Below, in pieces: positions 1-9,063 of a DNA stretch of 39,684 nt (positions are counted from its first letter, which is position 1; every line of letters starts with the position of its first letter). The translations under genes and the position numbers were made by a program. This stretch comes from a virus (lineage: Duplodnaviria; Caudoviricetes), in IMG/VR virus record IMGVR_UViG_3300032129_000024, positions 1-39,684 of that record. One strand, 5' to 3'. The notes under the pieces are model-generated. The model ran no database searches. It was not told the origin of the DNA and saw only the letters and a list, made by a program, of their open reading frames with translations.

Positions 1-127
1 GAGCGCCTACTTGGGTATCAGTCTTGGGCTGACGACAACGTGAAGCACTTGGGCGACGAGTTCCTGCCACACGTACCCAAGGTCCAGCAGGCTAAGTCCA
101 AGGCCCGTATCAGCACGTATGCAGGCA
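1..127. repeat. Terminal direct repeat copy 1 (circular-assembly overlap)
   Basis: 1-127 is identical to 39558-39684; the polymerase reading frame runs straight through the join. Confidence 0.97.
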
Positions 128-1512
128 AGGACGTCCACATCACGCGTGAGCTGATGAAGTGGCAGAAGCGCAAGATCAGGACAGACCTGAAGCCCCACGA
201 GGACCCGGTCCGTGTCATGCGGGACATCATGCTCCCAGCAGCGGACCCGCTCGTGCAGATGGAAGACAACCGGCTCCCGGTACGGCTGGCCCTTGTGTCC
301 ACGACCAAGGAAATCGTAGACGCTAAGATAGCAGCCATTGAAAAGAAGCTGGACGCCAGCGTACCGCCGAAGGACCGCTGGCCTGACTGGCTCCAGAAGA
401 CGACTCCCAAGTGGGGGAACACTAACTGGACTAAGTGGTGGCTCTACGTGCATCAGGGGGCACTGTGCCCACGGCGTACCAAGCCGACCAAGACGTGGCC
501 CGAGGGCAACCCTGGGATGTCTCAGGAGGACCTAGCCAAGATTGATCACCCAGCAGCACGCCTCCTGAGCCAGCGCTCCACCCTGTATAAGCAGCTCACC
601 GGCTTCCTGGTCCCTCTGGAGCAGCGAACGGTCGACGGCAGGGTTAGCACCAGCTTCAAGCTGACTGGCACGGTTACCGGACGACTGAGCAGCTCCAGCC
701 CTGGAGATGACAATCCCGGCATCAACTCCCAGCAGATCCCACGGGACAAGGCCACACGTAACCTCTTCGGCGAGAAGGGGCTGGCCTGGATTGAGGTTGA
801 CTTTAGTCAGCTGGAGCTTCGTGTGGCCGCTGTCATGTCTGGCGACCCGACCATGATAGCGCTGTTCGAGGCCGACGCTGACATCCACACTTATATCGCT
901 GCACGGGTTACCAAGAAGGACGAGAAGGACGTAACCAAGGCCGACCGTACACTTGCTAAGGGTGTGAACTTCGGCTTCCTCTATGGTATGATGGCTAAGC
1001 ACTTCGCGGACTACGTTCGTGAGAACTACGGCGTGATCATTACCAAGAAGGAGGCTGAGGCATTCCGTGAGGAGTACTTCCTAAACTTCAATGGACTGCC
1101 TGAGTGGTACCGGAAGCAGCGCAAGGAGGCCATCGAATTCGGCGGCGTCCATAACGAGTTCGGCCGGTTCCGGCACTTGCCCCGTGTGTATCATAGTGAC
1201 TACTGGGTGCAGGAAAACGCCTTCCGTCAGTCGATCAACTCTCCCGTCCAATCCACGGGTAGCGACTTCATGCTGATCAGTCTGGCGAGGCTTGGCCGAG
1301 ACTTGCGCCTGCCAGCGCTGGGGGCTAAGCTGGTCACCACAGTTCACGACTCGGTGTGCATTACTGCCCCGTATAAGACGGCCCGAAAAGTGGGACGTAT
1401 CGTAAAAGAGACAATGGAAAGTGCAGATGACAACCTCCCAAGAAAGTTTTACCTCAAGGCCGACGTCACAATATCCAGATGTTGGGGAGGTGAACCTCTT
1501 GCAGAGTTCTAG
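1..1512 (+). CDS. polA: DNA polymerase family A, C-terminal part (full gene is 39213..39557 + 1..1512, ~618 aa)
   Basis: ExoIII YAGKD, TGRLSS, motif A VDFSQLELR, motif B RTLAKGVNFGFLYG, motif C TVHDS; in frame with the N-terminal exonuclease part at the window end. Confidence 0.97.
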   Translation, partial: ERLLGYQSWADDNVKHLGDEFLPHVPKVQQAKSKARISTYAGKDVHITRELMKWQKRKIRTDLKPHEDPVRVMRDIMLPAADPLVQMEDNRLPVRLALVSTTKEIVDAKIAAIEKKLDASVPPKDRWPDWLQKTTPKWGNTNWTKWWLYVHQGALCPRRTKPTKTWPEGNPGMSQEDLAKIDHPAARLLSQRSTLYKQLTGFLVPLEQRTVDGRVSTSFKLTGTVTGRLSSSSPGDDNPGINSQQIPRDKATRNLFGEKGLAWIEVDFSQLELRVAAVMSGDPTMIALFEADADIHTYIAARVTKKDEKDVTKADRTLAKGVNFGFLYGMMAKHFADYVRENYGVIITKKEAEAFREEYFLNFNGLPEWYRKQRKEAIEFGGVHNEFGRFRHLPRVYHSDYWVQENAFRQSINSPVQSTGSDFMLISLARLGRDLRLPALGAKLVTTVHDSVCITAPYKTARKVGRIVKETMESADDNLPRKFYLKADVTISRCWGGEPLAEF

Positions 1513-1513
1513 T

Positions 1514-1651
1514 GTGTCAATCACAATCGTCACCGAGCGCAAGTCGCTCATCTCCCGTGGTGGTCGCGTAGAAGTTGACGTGTGTGTGGTATGTAGTGCA
1601 GTCGTGTTTGACGGCGTGCTTCATGACAACTGGCACAGGGCTTCCGCATGA
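1514..1651 (+). CDS. Small putative zinc-binding protein (45 aa, CxxC...HxxWH)
   Basis: GTG just after the pol stop; its TGA overlaps the next ATG (ATGA); CVVC...HDNWH motif. Confidence 0.6.
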   Translation: MSITIVTERKSLISRGGRVEVDVCVVCSAVVFDGVLHDNWHRASA

Positions 1652-2838
1652 CTGTCAAGAAGCTACCCAGCACAGGGGCTAAGCCCGGAGCATGGCATGG
1701 CGCTCGGGGCACATGGCCCACGACCGCTGACGGACAGCTAGTAATCACTCAGAGCATGGTCAGCAGCTTCGTTGAGTGCCCTCGTGAAACTTACTACGGC
1801 ATCATCCTGGGACTCCGTCCTCGCCTGGAGAGCAAGCCTCTCACCCGTGGCACATGGATCCACTCGCTGCTGGAATGCCGTGGGCAGGGTGGCGACTGGA
1901 AGGCGCTGCACAAGGAGATCACAGAGAAGGCTGAGCAGGAGTCATTCGAGGAGGAGACAGCTGGCCTCGCCCGTGAGTGCTACAATATCGTCCTCAGTTA
2001 TGACTGGGTTCACCGTAACGAAACACTCACCCCCATCGCGGTAGAGCTGACGGTAGAGCGTCCCATGTTCAAAGGGAAGGTGCTGTACCGTGGCCGGATT
2101 GACATCATCTGGCAAGACGCGAACGGTGACGTGTGGCTGGGCGACCACAAGACTCACGCCACACTGCCCGACTGGCGTTACCGGGAACTCGCCTTCCAGC
2201 ACTATTCCTATCTCTGGGCAGTGGCTCAGGCTCCCGGATACAAGGCCCTGGGACTGCCTCAGCCGAAGGGCTTCATCTACGACTACTGCCGTACGAGCGC
2301 CATCCACACTCCTACGCTCACCACTAAGGGCAAGATCAGCCGCGTGCTGAAGCCCACTGGCACGACGTTACCCGTGTTCCGTGAGTGGCTCATTGAGAAC
2401 CACCTGATGAGCGTCGTACGGGGCAAGGATCTTCTCGCCATTGAGGACCCGGCTGAGCGTGCCTACGTGGAGGAGTTTCTTGTGGCCCTGAAGCACCGGG
2501 ACTATACAACGGAGTTCCGTCGTGATAGGCTTATCTTCAGCCCAGAACAGGCAGAGCGTCAGCGGAAGTCGTTTGTGACTTCAGCCCGTCGACTGCTAAC
2601 ATACAAGTGGGATGATCCGGATTGCGTGGAGCGTAACCTTCACGCCTGCTCAGGGTTCATGTGCAACTACAAGGACCTCACAGTAGCCGACCTGATGCAC
2701 GGCACCAGCGAGATCGAGCAGCGGACACGGTACGTAACCACACGTGACCCGCTAAGCTATTACCCTAACCAAGAGAAGCAGAACAAGTCACAAGCTGCTA
2801 ACATTGCACAAGCCAAGAGAGTGAGGAACAAGAAGTGA
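1648..2838 (+). CDS. Cas4/RecB-like PD-(D/E)xK exonuclease
   Basis: N-terminal S..ECPR, GTWIH, GRID...LGDHKT, QHYSY and C-terminal Cys residues typical of Cas4-like phage exonucleases; sits in the replication module. Confidence 0.85.
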   Translation: MTVKKLPSTGAKPGAWHGARGTWPTTADGQLVITQSMVSSFVECPRETYYGIILGLRPRLESKPLTRGTWIHSLLECRGQGGDWKALHKEITEKAEQESFEEETAGLARECYNIVLSYDWVHRNETLTPIAVELTVERPMFKGKVLYRGRIDIIWQDANGDVWLGDHKTHATLPDWRYRELAFQHYSYLWAVAQAPGYKALGLPQPKGFIYDYCRTSAIHTPTLTTKGKISRVLKPTGTTLPVFREWLIENHLMSVVRGKDLLAIEDPAERAYVEEFLVALKHRDYTTEFRRDRLIFSPEQAERQRKSFVTSARRLLTYKWDDPDCVERNLHACSGFMCNYKDLTVADLMHGTSEIEQRTRYVTTRDPLSYYPNQEKQNKSQAANIAQAKRVRNKK

Positions 2839-3500
2839 TTTACACCATCTACAGCAGGCCCAAGGTCGGCAAGACAACGCTCGCCCTGAAGGACGCCCCA
2901 AGAGGGAACAAGACAGCCATCCTCAGCGCTGACCAAGGCCTCATCGGTATTGATACCACGGGCCTCACCGTAGAGGAGGACATGAGCAGCAAGAACCTCA
3001 GCAAGCTCATGAACGGCACTTTCATCAAGTCCCACGACCGTATCATCATTGACACGGCTACCGCGCTTCACGCCTCCATGCTGTTCGAGCTTTCCAAGGG
3101 TGGCCAGAGTACTCAGGCACACTACGGAATCGCGAATGGTGCTCTGGCCACACTCGTGAGAACACTCCGCGACGAAAAGAAGACCACCATCATCCTCGCC
3201 CAGGAAAAGCTCATCCTCCCGAACGAGGACTGGGCACCCGAGGACGAAGATGAAGACGCCGCTGTGCAGACGACGGTTGATTTGTCTCCCGGCGCTGCGA
3301 GCGCTATACTTCAGATGTCCGATGTTATTGGACGTCTCTACATTGCTCATATCGACGGCAAGCCCGTCCGTCGTTTATGGCTTGGCCCCTCGTCCTCTAT
3401 TGTGGCCGGGGCCAGGAGCAAGACCTACCACGGGACTCCCCCATACCTCAAGCAGCCCAGCATCACGCGCTTGAACAGCCTTCTCGGCTGGACCCGCTAA
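2835..3500 (+). CDS. AAA ATPase (Sak4/AAA_24-like)
   Basis: Walker A SRPKVGKT, Walker B IIIDT, IILAQE; lies between exonuclease and SSB-like genes. Confidence 0.8.
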   Translation: MIYTIYSRPKVGKTTLALKDAPRGNKTAILSADQGLIGIDTTGLTVEEDMSSKNLSKLMNGTFIKSHDRIIIDTATALHASMLFELSKGGQSTQAHYGIANGALATLVRTLRDEKKTTIILAQEKLILPNEDWAPEDEDEDAAVQTTVDLSPGAASAILQMSDVIGRLYIAHIDGKPVRRLWLGPSSSIVAGARSKTYHGTPPYLKQPSITRLNSLLGWTR

Positions 3501-3535
3501 CCGAGATCACAGAAAAACACGAAGGATAACACATC

Positions 3536-4390
3536 ATGGCTAAAAAGATCCGTCTCGATTTCAGCAAGACCGAAGAGCGTTCCGGCTGGAACACCAAGCA
3601 CATCAGCGAAGGCCTCCACAAGATGAAGGTTGAGTCGGTCCAGGAGACCGAGGCACAGGACGGCACGGCGATGCTCGTGTATGCACTGGTCCCGGCCGAC
3701 CCGACGCTCAAGACGCGTCGCTTCCCGTTCTACTGCAAACTTCAGCAGAACCAGCTCTGGAAGCTCCGCGACCTGCTCGTGGCTGCTGGCCAGACCGTGC
3801 CCAAGAAGGCGACCATGATCAGCCCCGACTCCGTGGTCGGCAAGTTCATCGCCGCCGAGGTGGAGGACGACACCTATCAGGGCAACCTCCGCTCGCAGGT
3901 TCAGGGCACCTACGGCCTGGACATTCTTGACGAGGACGGCGGAAGCGCCGACAGCGACGAGGACGAAGAAGGCGAGGACGAGTACGACGAGTCGGAAGCT
4001 GAAGAGGCCGACGACGAAGAGTACGAAGACGAAGCCGAGGACGAAGACGAAGCTGAGGAGGAAGCTGAAGACGAGGAAGCTGAAGACCTCAGCGTCCTGT
4101 CCCTCGCAGAACTCCGCAAGCGTGCCAAGGGCCTCGGCGTGGACACGGTCGGCCTGAAGAAGGCTGAACTCATCGAGTCCATCGAAGAGGAAGAAGCCGA
4201 AGCCGAAGAGGGCGACGAGGACGAAGAGCTTGACGACGAAGACCTTGAAGATGAGGAACTCGCCGACGAGGAATTCGAAGACGACGAAGAGCCCGAGGAA
4301 GAGCCTGCTCCCAAGCGTCGTGCCCCGGTCCGCAAGGCAGCAGCAGCCCCGGCCAAGGCAGCGCCGAAGCGCGTAGTCAAGCGTCGCTAA
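3536..4390 (+). CDS. ssDNA-binding-like protein (DUF669-like) with long acidic tract, HeH/Rho-N-like motif and basic tail
   Basis: N-terminal beta-rich domain (EGLHKMKV...LWKLRDLL..G), D/E-rich tract, LAELRKRAKGLGV...KKAELIESI; RBS GAAGGA. Confidence 0.65.
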   Translation: MAKKIRLDFSKTEERSGWNTKHISEGLHKMKVESVQETEAQDGTAMLVYALVPADPTLKTRRFPFYCKLQQNQLWKLRDLLVAAGQTVPKKATMISPDSVVGKFIAAEVEDDTYQGNLRSQVQGTYGLDILDEDGGSADSDEDEEGEDEYDESEAEEADDEEYEDEAEDEDEAEEEAEDEEAEDLSVLSLAELRKRAKGLGVDTVGLKKAELIESIEEEEAEAEEGDEDEELDDEDLEDEELADEEFEDDEEPEEEPAPKRRAPVRKAAAAPAKAAPKRVVKRR

Positions 4391-4396
4391 CGCCTC

Positions 4397-4690
4397 ATGC
4401 TAGAGGCTGAGGTAGTCAGGCGAATGCTTACTATCCTCAACGCCATCGACGGGGTGTATGCTATTCGCACCCACGGGGGTTCCTTTCAACAGAAGGGGAC
4501 CCCCGACGTCCTTGGGTGTGCACACGGTAAGTTCTTCGCCATTGAGGCTAAGAGGAGCGCGAAGGAACAGCCTTCGGCGGCTCAGCAGTATAACCTAAAG
4601 AAGTTTCGTCAAGCTGGTGGCAAGACGTTCACCAGCTACGACCCCAAGGCTACGGAAGTAATAGAGTGGATAACGAGGCTCTCCAGCTGA
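4397..4690 (+). CDS. VRR-NUC domain nuclease (Holliday-junction-resolvase-like)
   Basis: E..V, GTPDVL, FFAIEAK, S..Q motifs. Confidence 0.85.
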   Translation: MLEAEVVRRMLTILNAIDGVYAIRTHGGSFQQKGTPDVLGCAHGKFFAIEAKRSAKEQPSAAQQYNLKKFRQAGGKTFTSYDPKATEVIEWITRLSS

Positions 4691-6324
4691 TCAGCAAGGT
4701 GTGGCGTCATTCAGGTGTGGTAGGAACCACATGGATGCCCCACATCTACAAGATCGGACACAAGACCGACCAGAAGTTCCGCGAAGGTGCGGCGATCACA
4801 TCCCGTACTCCGGAGTTCCCGGACATGCGGGATTCCGTCGATTGGTACTGGACGCCTGCCGTTAGCAGCAGCGACAGCCGCAAGGCCAAGGAGTACCCAG
4901 CACAGCGCGCCATCTGGGTAGACTGCGACGAGTCCTACGACGACAAGCTGCTGGAGAGCCTGAAGCCCTCCTATATGTGGGAGACAAGCCCCGGCCACAA
5001 ACAGGCGATTTGGCTCATGAGCGAGGCCATGCTGGCCAGCGAATTCCACCGAGACGGCTTCATCGGTATGGTTACCCAAGCACTCGGCGGGGACAAGTCC
5101 GGCGTCGACATAGGCCAGCTCCTACGCGTCCCAGGCTCCACTCACCACAAGCGAGTCCCCTTCGTCGGCAAGATCCTCCGTCAGACAGGCAACGTGCACA
5201 CACGGGGCAGCCTGCTCTCACGTGTGGCCAGAGGGCTAGGCTTCTCGCCTGCACTGGCCTCTGACCTCGGTGCAGACGACCCCTATGGCGACCGGAGCAA
5301 GGTGCTCTGGAGGTTCAGCCGTAACGCTGCTGAGCTGGGACTTTCCCAGGAGATGGCATTCAAGCTGATCAAAGCTACCAAGTGGAACAAGTGGGGCGAC
5401 GACCCGGACCGCCTCAAGGAAGACATCGCCATCGCTTACGCACACAAGCCCAGCCCGCCGGAGGAGCAGCAGCAGCACGACCAGCCCGACGACAACGAAG
5501 AAGTTGAAGAGGTCGGCGCTTGGGGTATGTCCACGGTCGACGAGTTCGGCCCGGTACTACGCAAGCCGATCAACTGGGTGATACCTAACATCATCCCAGA
5601 AGCGGGCTGTGGTCTGCTGGTAAGCGCTCCCAAGGTGGGCAAGACACGCATAGCCATCGAGCTTGCGCTGGGCTTGGCGACCGGTCGTAGGCCGTTAGGG
5701 CTGTCACTGAAGCGCCCACTCGCTGTCGGCTTCTTTTCCCTGGAGGACGGCGAGTACCTGTTCTCCAGCCGTCTTGACGAAAGCCTCAACCGCGACCACG
5801 GCAGGTTCAAGCACCACTGGGACGGCCACATCATCCGGGACGGCAAGACGCTCTCTTGGGTGGAGCCGGTTCCTATGAGCTTGTTCACTAACTTCACCAG
5901 CGTAGACCTCAGCGAGGACGAGGACAAGCAACGGCTCTATGAGACGATTACCAAGTACGGCCTGAAGCTGGTAGTCATTGACACTCTTAGCATGGCTATC
6001 GGCAAGTCGGATGTGTCCAACTCTAAGGATATGTACTCCATCCTCAAAGACATCAAGAAGATCGCTAAGTCAACGGGCTGTGCTATCATGTTTATTCACC
6101 ACACTCGTAAGCGCGTCTTCGAGAAGGGTGAGACCATCCAGGAGATGGTGCTAGGCAGCACAGCGCTTCACGCGTGGTCAGACTTCATCATGAGCCTGTC
6201 ACCACCTACCGATGAGAGCCCCTTGCTAAAGCTGGCAGTTCAGACTAAGATGGGCACTGGCCTTCACGCAATCAGTGACGAGCTGAAGATTATCAAACAA
6301 CCTATGGAGGCACACAATGACTAA
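4666..6324 (+). CDS. Primase-helicase (RepB-like primase N-terminus + RecA-like AAA_25 ATPase)
   Basis: WVDCD, ETSPGHKQAIW, LLRVPGSTHHK (RepB primase); SAPKVGKT, SLED, VVIDT, IHHTRK, GSTAL (AAA_25). Confidence 0.85.
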   Translation: MDNEALQLISKVWRHSGVVGTTWMPHIYKIGHKTDQKFREGAAITSRTPEFPDMRDSVDWYWTPAVSSSDSRKAKEYPAQRAIWVDCDESYDDKLLESLKPSYMWETSPGHKQAIWLMSEAMLASEFHRDGFIGMVTQALGGDKSGVDIGQLLRVPGSTHHKRVPFVGKILRQTGNVHTRGSLLSRVARGLGFSPALASDLGADDPYGDRSKVLWRFSRNAAELGLSQEMAFKLIKATKWNKWGDDPDRLKEDIAIAYAHKPSPPEEQQQHDQPDDNEEVEEVGAWGMSTVDEFGPVLRKPINWVIPNIIPEAGCGLLVSAPKVGKTRIAIELALGLATGRRPLGLSLKRPLAVGFFSLEDGEYLFSSRLDESLNRDHGRFKHHWDGHIIRDGKTLSWVEPVPMSLFTNFTSVDLSEDEDKQRLYETITKYGLKLVVIDTLSMAIGKSDVSNSKDMYSILKDIKKIAKSTGCAIMFIHHTRKRVFEKGETIQEMVLGSTALHAWSDFIMSLSPPTDESPLLKLAVQTKMGTGLHAISDELKIIKQPMEAHND

Positions 6325-6535
6325 CCCGACTTACAAGCCCTACACTCCCCCGGAGAACCGTTCCGTCTGGATCAAGCTGCTGTCCGCTCTCCCCATCCCC
6401 TTTCTGCTGGTGCTGGCATTCGCGGTCCCGGTCGTGTGCTTCCTCGTGTGGTGGGACATCTACGGATACTACGCCTTCAAGGGTGCCTATGGAGCGCTCT
6501 ACGTTCTCGCGGGCTGGGTCCAGTACGGAAACTGA
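6317..6535 (+). CDS. Small membrane protein
   Basis: Hydrophobic segments; RBS GGAGG; overlaps the upstream stop. Confidence 0.7.
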   Translation: MTNPTYKPYTPPENRSVWIKLLSALPIPFLLVLAFAVPVVCFLVWWDIYGYYAFKGAYGALYVLAGWVQYGN

Positions 6536-6538
6536 TAG

Positions 6539-6567
6539 TTGCGATCCTTGGAATGTTGAGCTAGGTT
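6539..6567 (+). promoter_or_regulatory. SigA-like promoter TTGCGA-17-TAGGTT, leaderless start at 6574
   Basis: Matches the genome-wide TTGCnn-17-TAnnnT pattern; ATG 6 nt after the -10 box with no RBS. Confidence 0.7.
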
Positions 6568-6573
6568 AGCTAC

Positions 6574-7443
6574 ATGGACATCACAGGGAACAACATCAAC
6601 CCGAGCTACATCGAGCACGAGGGCTTCACGTACCTCGAGTTCAACGGCGAGTACTTCAAGGGATGCAAGCGCTGCTTCGGCGCTGGTCACTACGCATTCA
6701 ACGGCGAGCACGATCGCTGCTACATCTGCGACAACACGAGCGCGAAGCTCGGCGAGCACCTGGAAAGCAAGGCAGCGGCCGAGAAGTGGTGCCACGGTAA
6801 GGCAATGGCACGGGCGAACCGCATCCGCAAGGCTGAGGCCAAGCGTAACGAGGCGGTCCTGGCCATGGAAGCCAATCAGGCAGCACTGAAGCAGGCAGAC
6901 GCCGAGGTGTACGAGTTCCTCATGGCAGTCGTTATCGAGGAAGACACACAGGACCTCTACTCCACTTACGACGAGTGGGCAGCAGCTACCCAGCAGGACG
7001 GCCACACTAAGCTCGAGCGTGACAGCTTCATCCGCACGATGGCTGAGACGCTCCGCTGGGTTGCCCCGGCCAAGCCCTTCACCCCCAAGATGGTTGACGC
7101 GGTACGCCGTACCATGGAGAAGCGGGCAGCCCAAGCCACCGAGGCCGCTGCTCACCCCGTGGTGGAGGGTCGTGGTGTTATCACCGGCGAGATCGTCGGA
7201 ACCAAGATGGTGGACGGCGACTACGGTATCGCCTACAAGATCACGGTCAAAGACGACCGGGGCTTCCGCATCTACTGCACTGTCCCTCGGGCAATGGCCG
7301 ACTCGGCTTATGACGACGACGGACACGGCTGGTTCCCCCGCTCCAAGGGTCGCCGCGTAACGTTCACGGCTACGGTCACGGCAAGTACAGACGACCCCTC
7401 CTTCGGCTTCGGCAGCCGCCCGACGAAGGGTGCTTGGCTGTAG
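6574..7443 (+). CDS. Hypothetical protein with N-terminal CxxC..CxxC zinc ribbon and OB-fold-like C-terminus
   Basis: CKRCFGAG...CYIC; C-terminal ITGEIVGTK...VTFTATV; phage-like codon usage. Confidence 0.8.
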   Translation: MDITGNNINPSYIEHEGFTYLEFNGEYFKGCKRCFGAGHYAFNGEHDRCYICDNTSAKLGEHLESKAAAEKWCHGKAMARANRIRKAEAKRNEAVLAMEANQAALKQADAEVYEFLMAVVIEEDTQDLYSTYDEWAAATQQDGHTKLERDSFIRTMAETLRWVAPAKPFTPKMVDAVRRTMEKRAAQATEAAAHPVVEGRGVITGEIVGTKMVDGDYGIAYKITVKDDRGFRIYCTVPRAMADSAYDDDGHGWFPRSKGRRVTFTATVTASTDDPSFGFGSRPTKGAWL

Positions 7444-7451
7444 GCACAGAA

Positions 7452-7483
7452 GAGCCCCCCTCGGCCGTAGCTAAGGGGGGCTC
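7452..7483. terminator. Hairpin terminator between the convergent arms
   Basis: GAGCCCCCCT...AGGGGGGCTC inverted repeat between the 7443 (+) and 7501 (-) stops. Confidence 0.8.
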
Positions 7484-7500
7484 AGTGCTTGCCTGGAGGG

Positions 7501-7809
7501 CTAGTAGGCGTGGTCGCCGCCAGTGCTTTCCTTGACCACGATGGTCTCAGTCTTCTTGCCGCCGATGACCCGAGCGCCGTCGTACAGGCCAGCAGCACCC
7601 AGTCCCAGAACGATGCCCGTGCCGATCAGCTGGAACACGGTCTGGGTGTCGTACAGTGTGGCCGTGGCGAACCCGTCGAAGAGGACAAGGGCGACGCCCA
7701 GCCCCACGGCAACGAGCGGACTGAACCGAGCCGGGAGGCCGAGGTCCTTAGCCATCGTGACGAGGGCGATGACAGCGGGGATGGTGGCGAGTGTAGTGAT
7801 TAGTTCCAT
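7501..7809 (-). CDS. Holin
   Basis: Three hydrophobic segments, GLGAAGLYD motif, charged C-terminus; downstream of the endolysin. Confidence 0.8.
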   Translation of the reverse strand: MELITTLATIPAVIALVTMAKDLGLPARFSPLVAVGLGVALVLFDGFATATLYDTQTVFQLIGTGIVLGLGAAGLYDGARVIGGKKTETIVVKESTGGDHAY

Positions 7810-7813
7810 TACC

Positions 7814-8119
7814 TTATTCCTTCTCAATCGTGCTTGCTTGTGTATCGGGTAAGTGATAGAAATCTATGCGCTCACCCATTGCTTTCTGAGCTGCACTTAT
7901 CTCGTGCATTCCGGTAGTCAGTCGGTCTATAGCATCACCTAGATTCTTGCTTCCGTGGTTAGTTACGATATCGCGCTTCACCTCATCGACCTTATCCGTC
8001 GTAGTCTTCACATCCTTCTGGACCTTGGTTACCTTGGCTACAAGGACGGCTCCATAGGCCGCTGTCATGGCAACGGCGAGAGGGGTAAGAGACTCGATGA
8101 GGTTCATTAGGGGCTGCAC
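7814..8119 (-). CDS. Membrane protein of the lysis cassette (one TM + coiled coil)
   Basis: N-terminal hydrophobic helix; lies between endolysin and holin; RBS GAAAGGA. Confidence 0.75.
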   Translation of the reverse strand: MQPLMNLIESLTPLAVAMTAAYGAVLVAKVTKVQKDVKTTTDKVDEVKRDIVTNHGSKNLGDAIDRLTTGMHEISAAQKAMGERIDFYHLPDTQASTIEKE

Positions 8120-8152
8120 GCGAAAGTCCTTTCTGGTGCTGTGTGCTGTGTG

Positions 8153-9040
8153 CTAGAGGGTGTTCAGGGCCTTGGCTACTGCCCGCCATGTGTTAGGCCC
8201 TGGAACGCCGTCGATGGGACCGGTGTAGCCGTACTTCGCGGCCCAGCGCTGCATCGCCATGTAGGTGAACTTAGCAGGGATCCCGTCAATAGGACCTGTG
8301 TACCCGCTCTCGCGTGCGAGGTTACGCATTACACCCATCCATGAGAAGATGCCCATCACGCCGTCTACCGGTCCTGTGTAGCCTCCGTAGAGTTTGGCCC
8401 ACAGCTGCATCCGGCTCCACATGATAGAGCCTGGGATGCCGTCCTCCTCAGTGCTGGTTCGCGGCAGAGTAGGCGTGCCCGTGGGTGCCGTGCTGGTGGA
8501 CGCCGTGCTGGAGCCGTTGCCAGCAGGTGCCGAGGCCCCGTTAGCCTTGGCGATGATGTTGCCCATGTGACTGATGACGAAAGGACCGGGGCAGGCCGTG
8601 GCCACATACTGAGCGTGCCAGCCCACGAAGAACGCCGTCTGAAGCTCACCGGGGATGTTCTTGACAATGGCACGGCCAGCCCTGGAGGACTCGTCCGCGT
8701 GATGACGTACAATGGCCGACCAAGCATCCATCGCAGCTTGCGAAACTACCCACTCACCGCCGACCCTTGTGTTGTCAATCTCGACCGTGACGGAGATGTT
8801 GTCCACGCTGTGGTTCGTGGATGACGGGCGACGGTCAGGGTGCACGATGCCCGTGACAGTGCCGTCGTCTGCGATGTGGTATGTCGGGTGAGAGTTGCGA
8901 CTGTTAGCCGTGGCCACATAGTCACGACCGTCGGTGCCTGCGACGTGGTGGGTCATGGCTCCCACGACCTCCGCGCCATTCCTGGACCGGCCGAAGCCGT
9001 AGTCCATAATCTTACTTACATTCGGTGCCCATGTTGACAT
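8153..9040 (-). CDS. Endolysin: N-acetylmuramoyl-L-alanine amidase + peptidoglycan-binding repeats
   Basis: HHVAG, YHI, VEI, WH...TACPG (Amidase_2 pattern); S/T/P linker; three YTGP(V/I)DG repeats. Confidence 0.9.
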   Translation of the reverse strand: MSTWAPNVSKIMDYGFGRSRNGAEVVGAMTHHVAGTDGRDYVATANSRNSHPTYHIADDGTVTGIVHPDRRPSSTNHSVDNISVTVEIDNTRVGGEWVVSQAAMDAWSAIVRHHADESSRAGRAIVKNIPGELQTAFFVGWHAQYVATACPGPFVISHMGNIIAKANGASAPAGNGSSTASTSTAPTGTPTLPRTSTEEDGIPGSIMWSRMQLWAKLYGGYTGPVDGVMGIFSWMGVMRNLARESGYTGPIDGIPAKFTYMAMQRWAAKYGYTGPIDGVPGPNTWRAVAKALNTL

Positions 9041-9063
9041 GCTGTTCTCCTTATTGTTTGGGG

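Noticed and set aside
40-1512. Polymerase lacking its proofreading domain
   Set aside because: ExoI and ExoII motifs are encoded at 39213-39557, in frame across the circular join
1648-2838. Cas4-like gene as part of a CRISPR system
   Set aside because: No repeat-spacer array or other cas genes seen; solo Cas4-like nucleases are common in phage replication modules
3930-4300. GAA/GAC/GAG low-complexity tract as a microsatellite or array
   Set aside because: It encodes the acidic tract of the SSB-like protein
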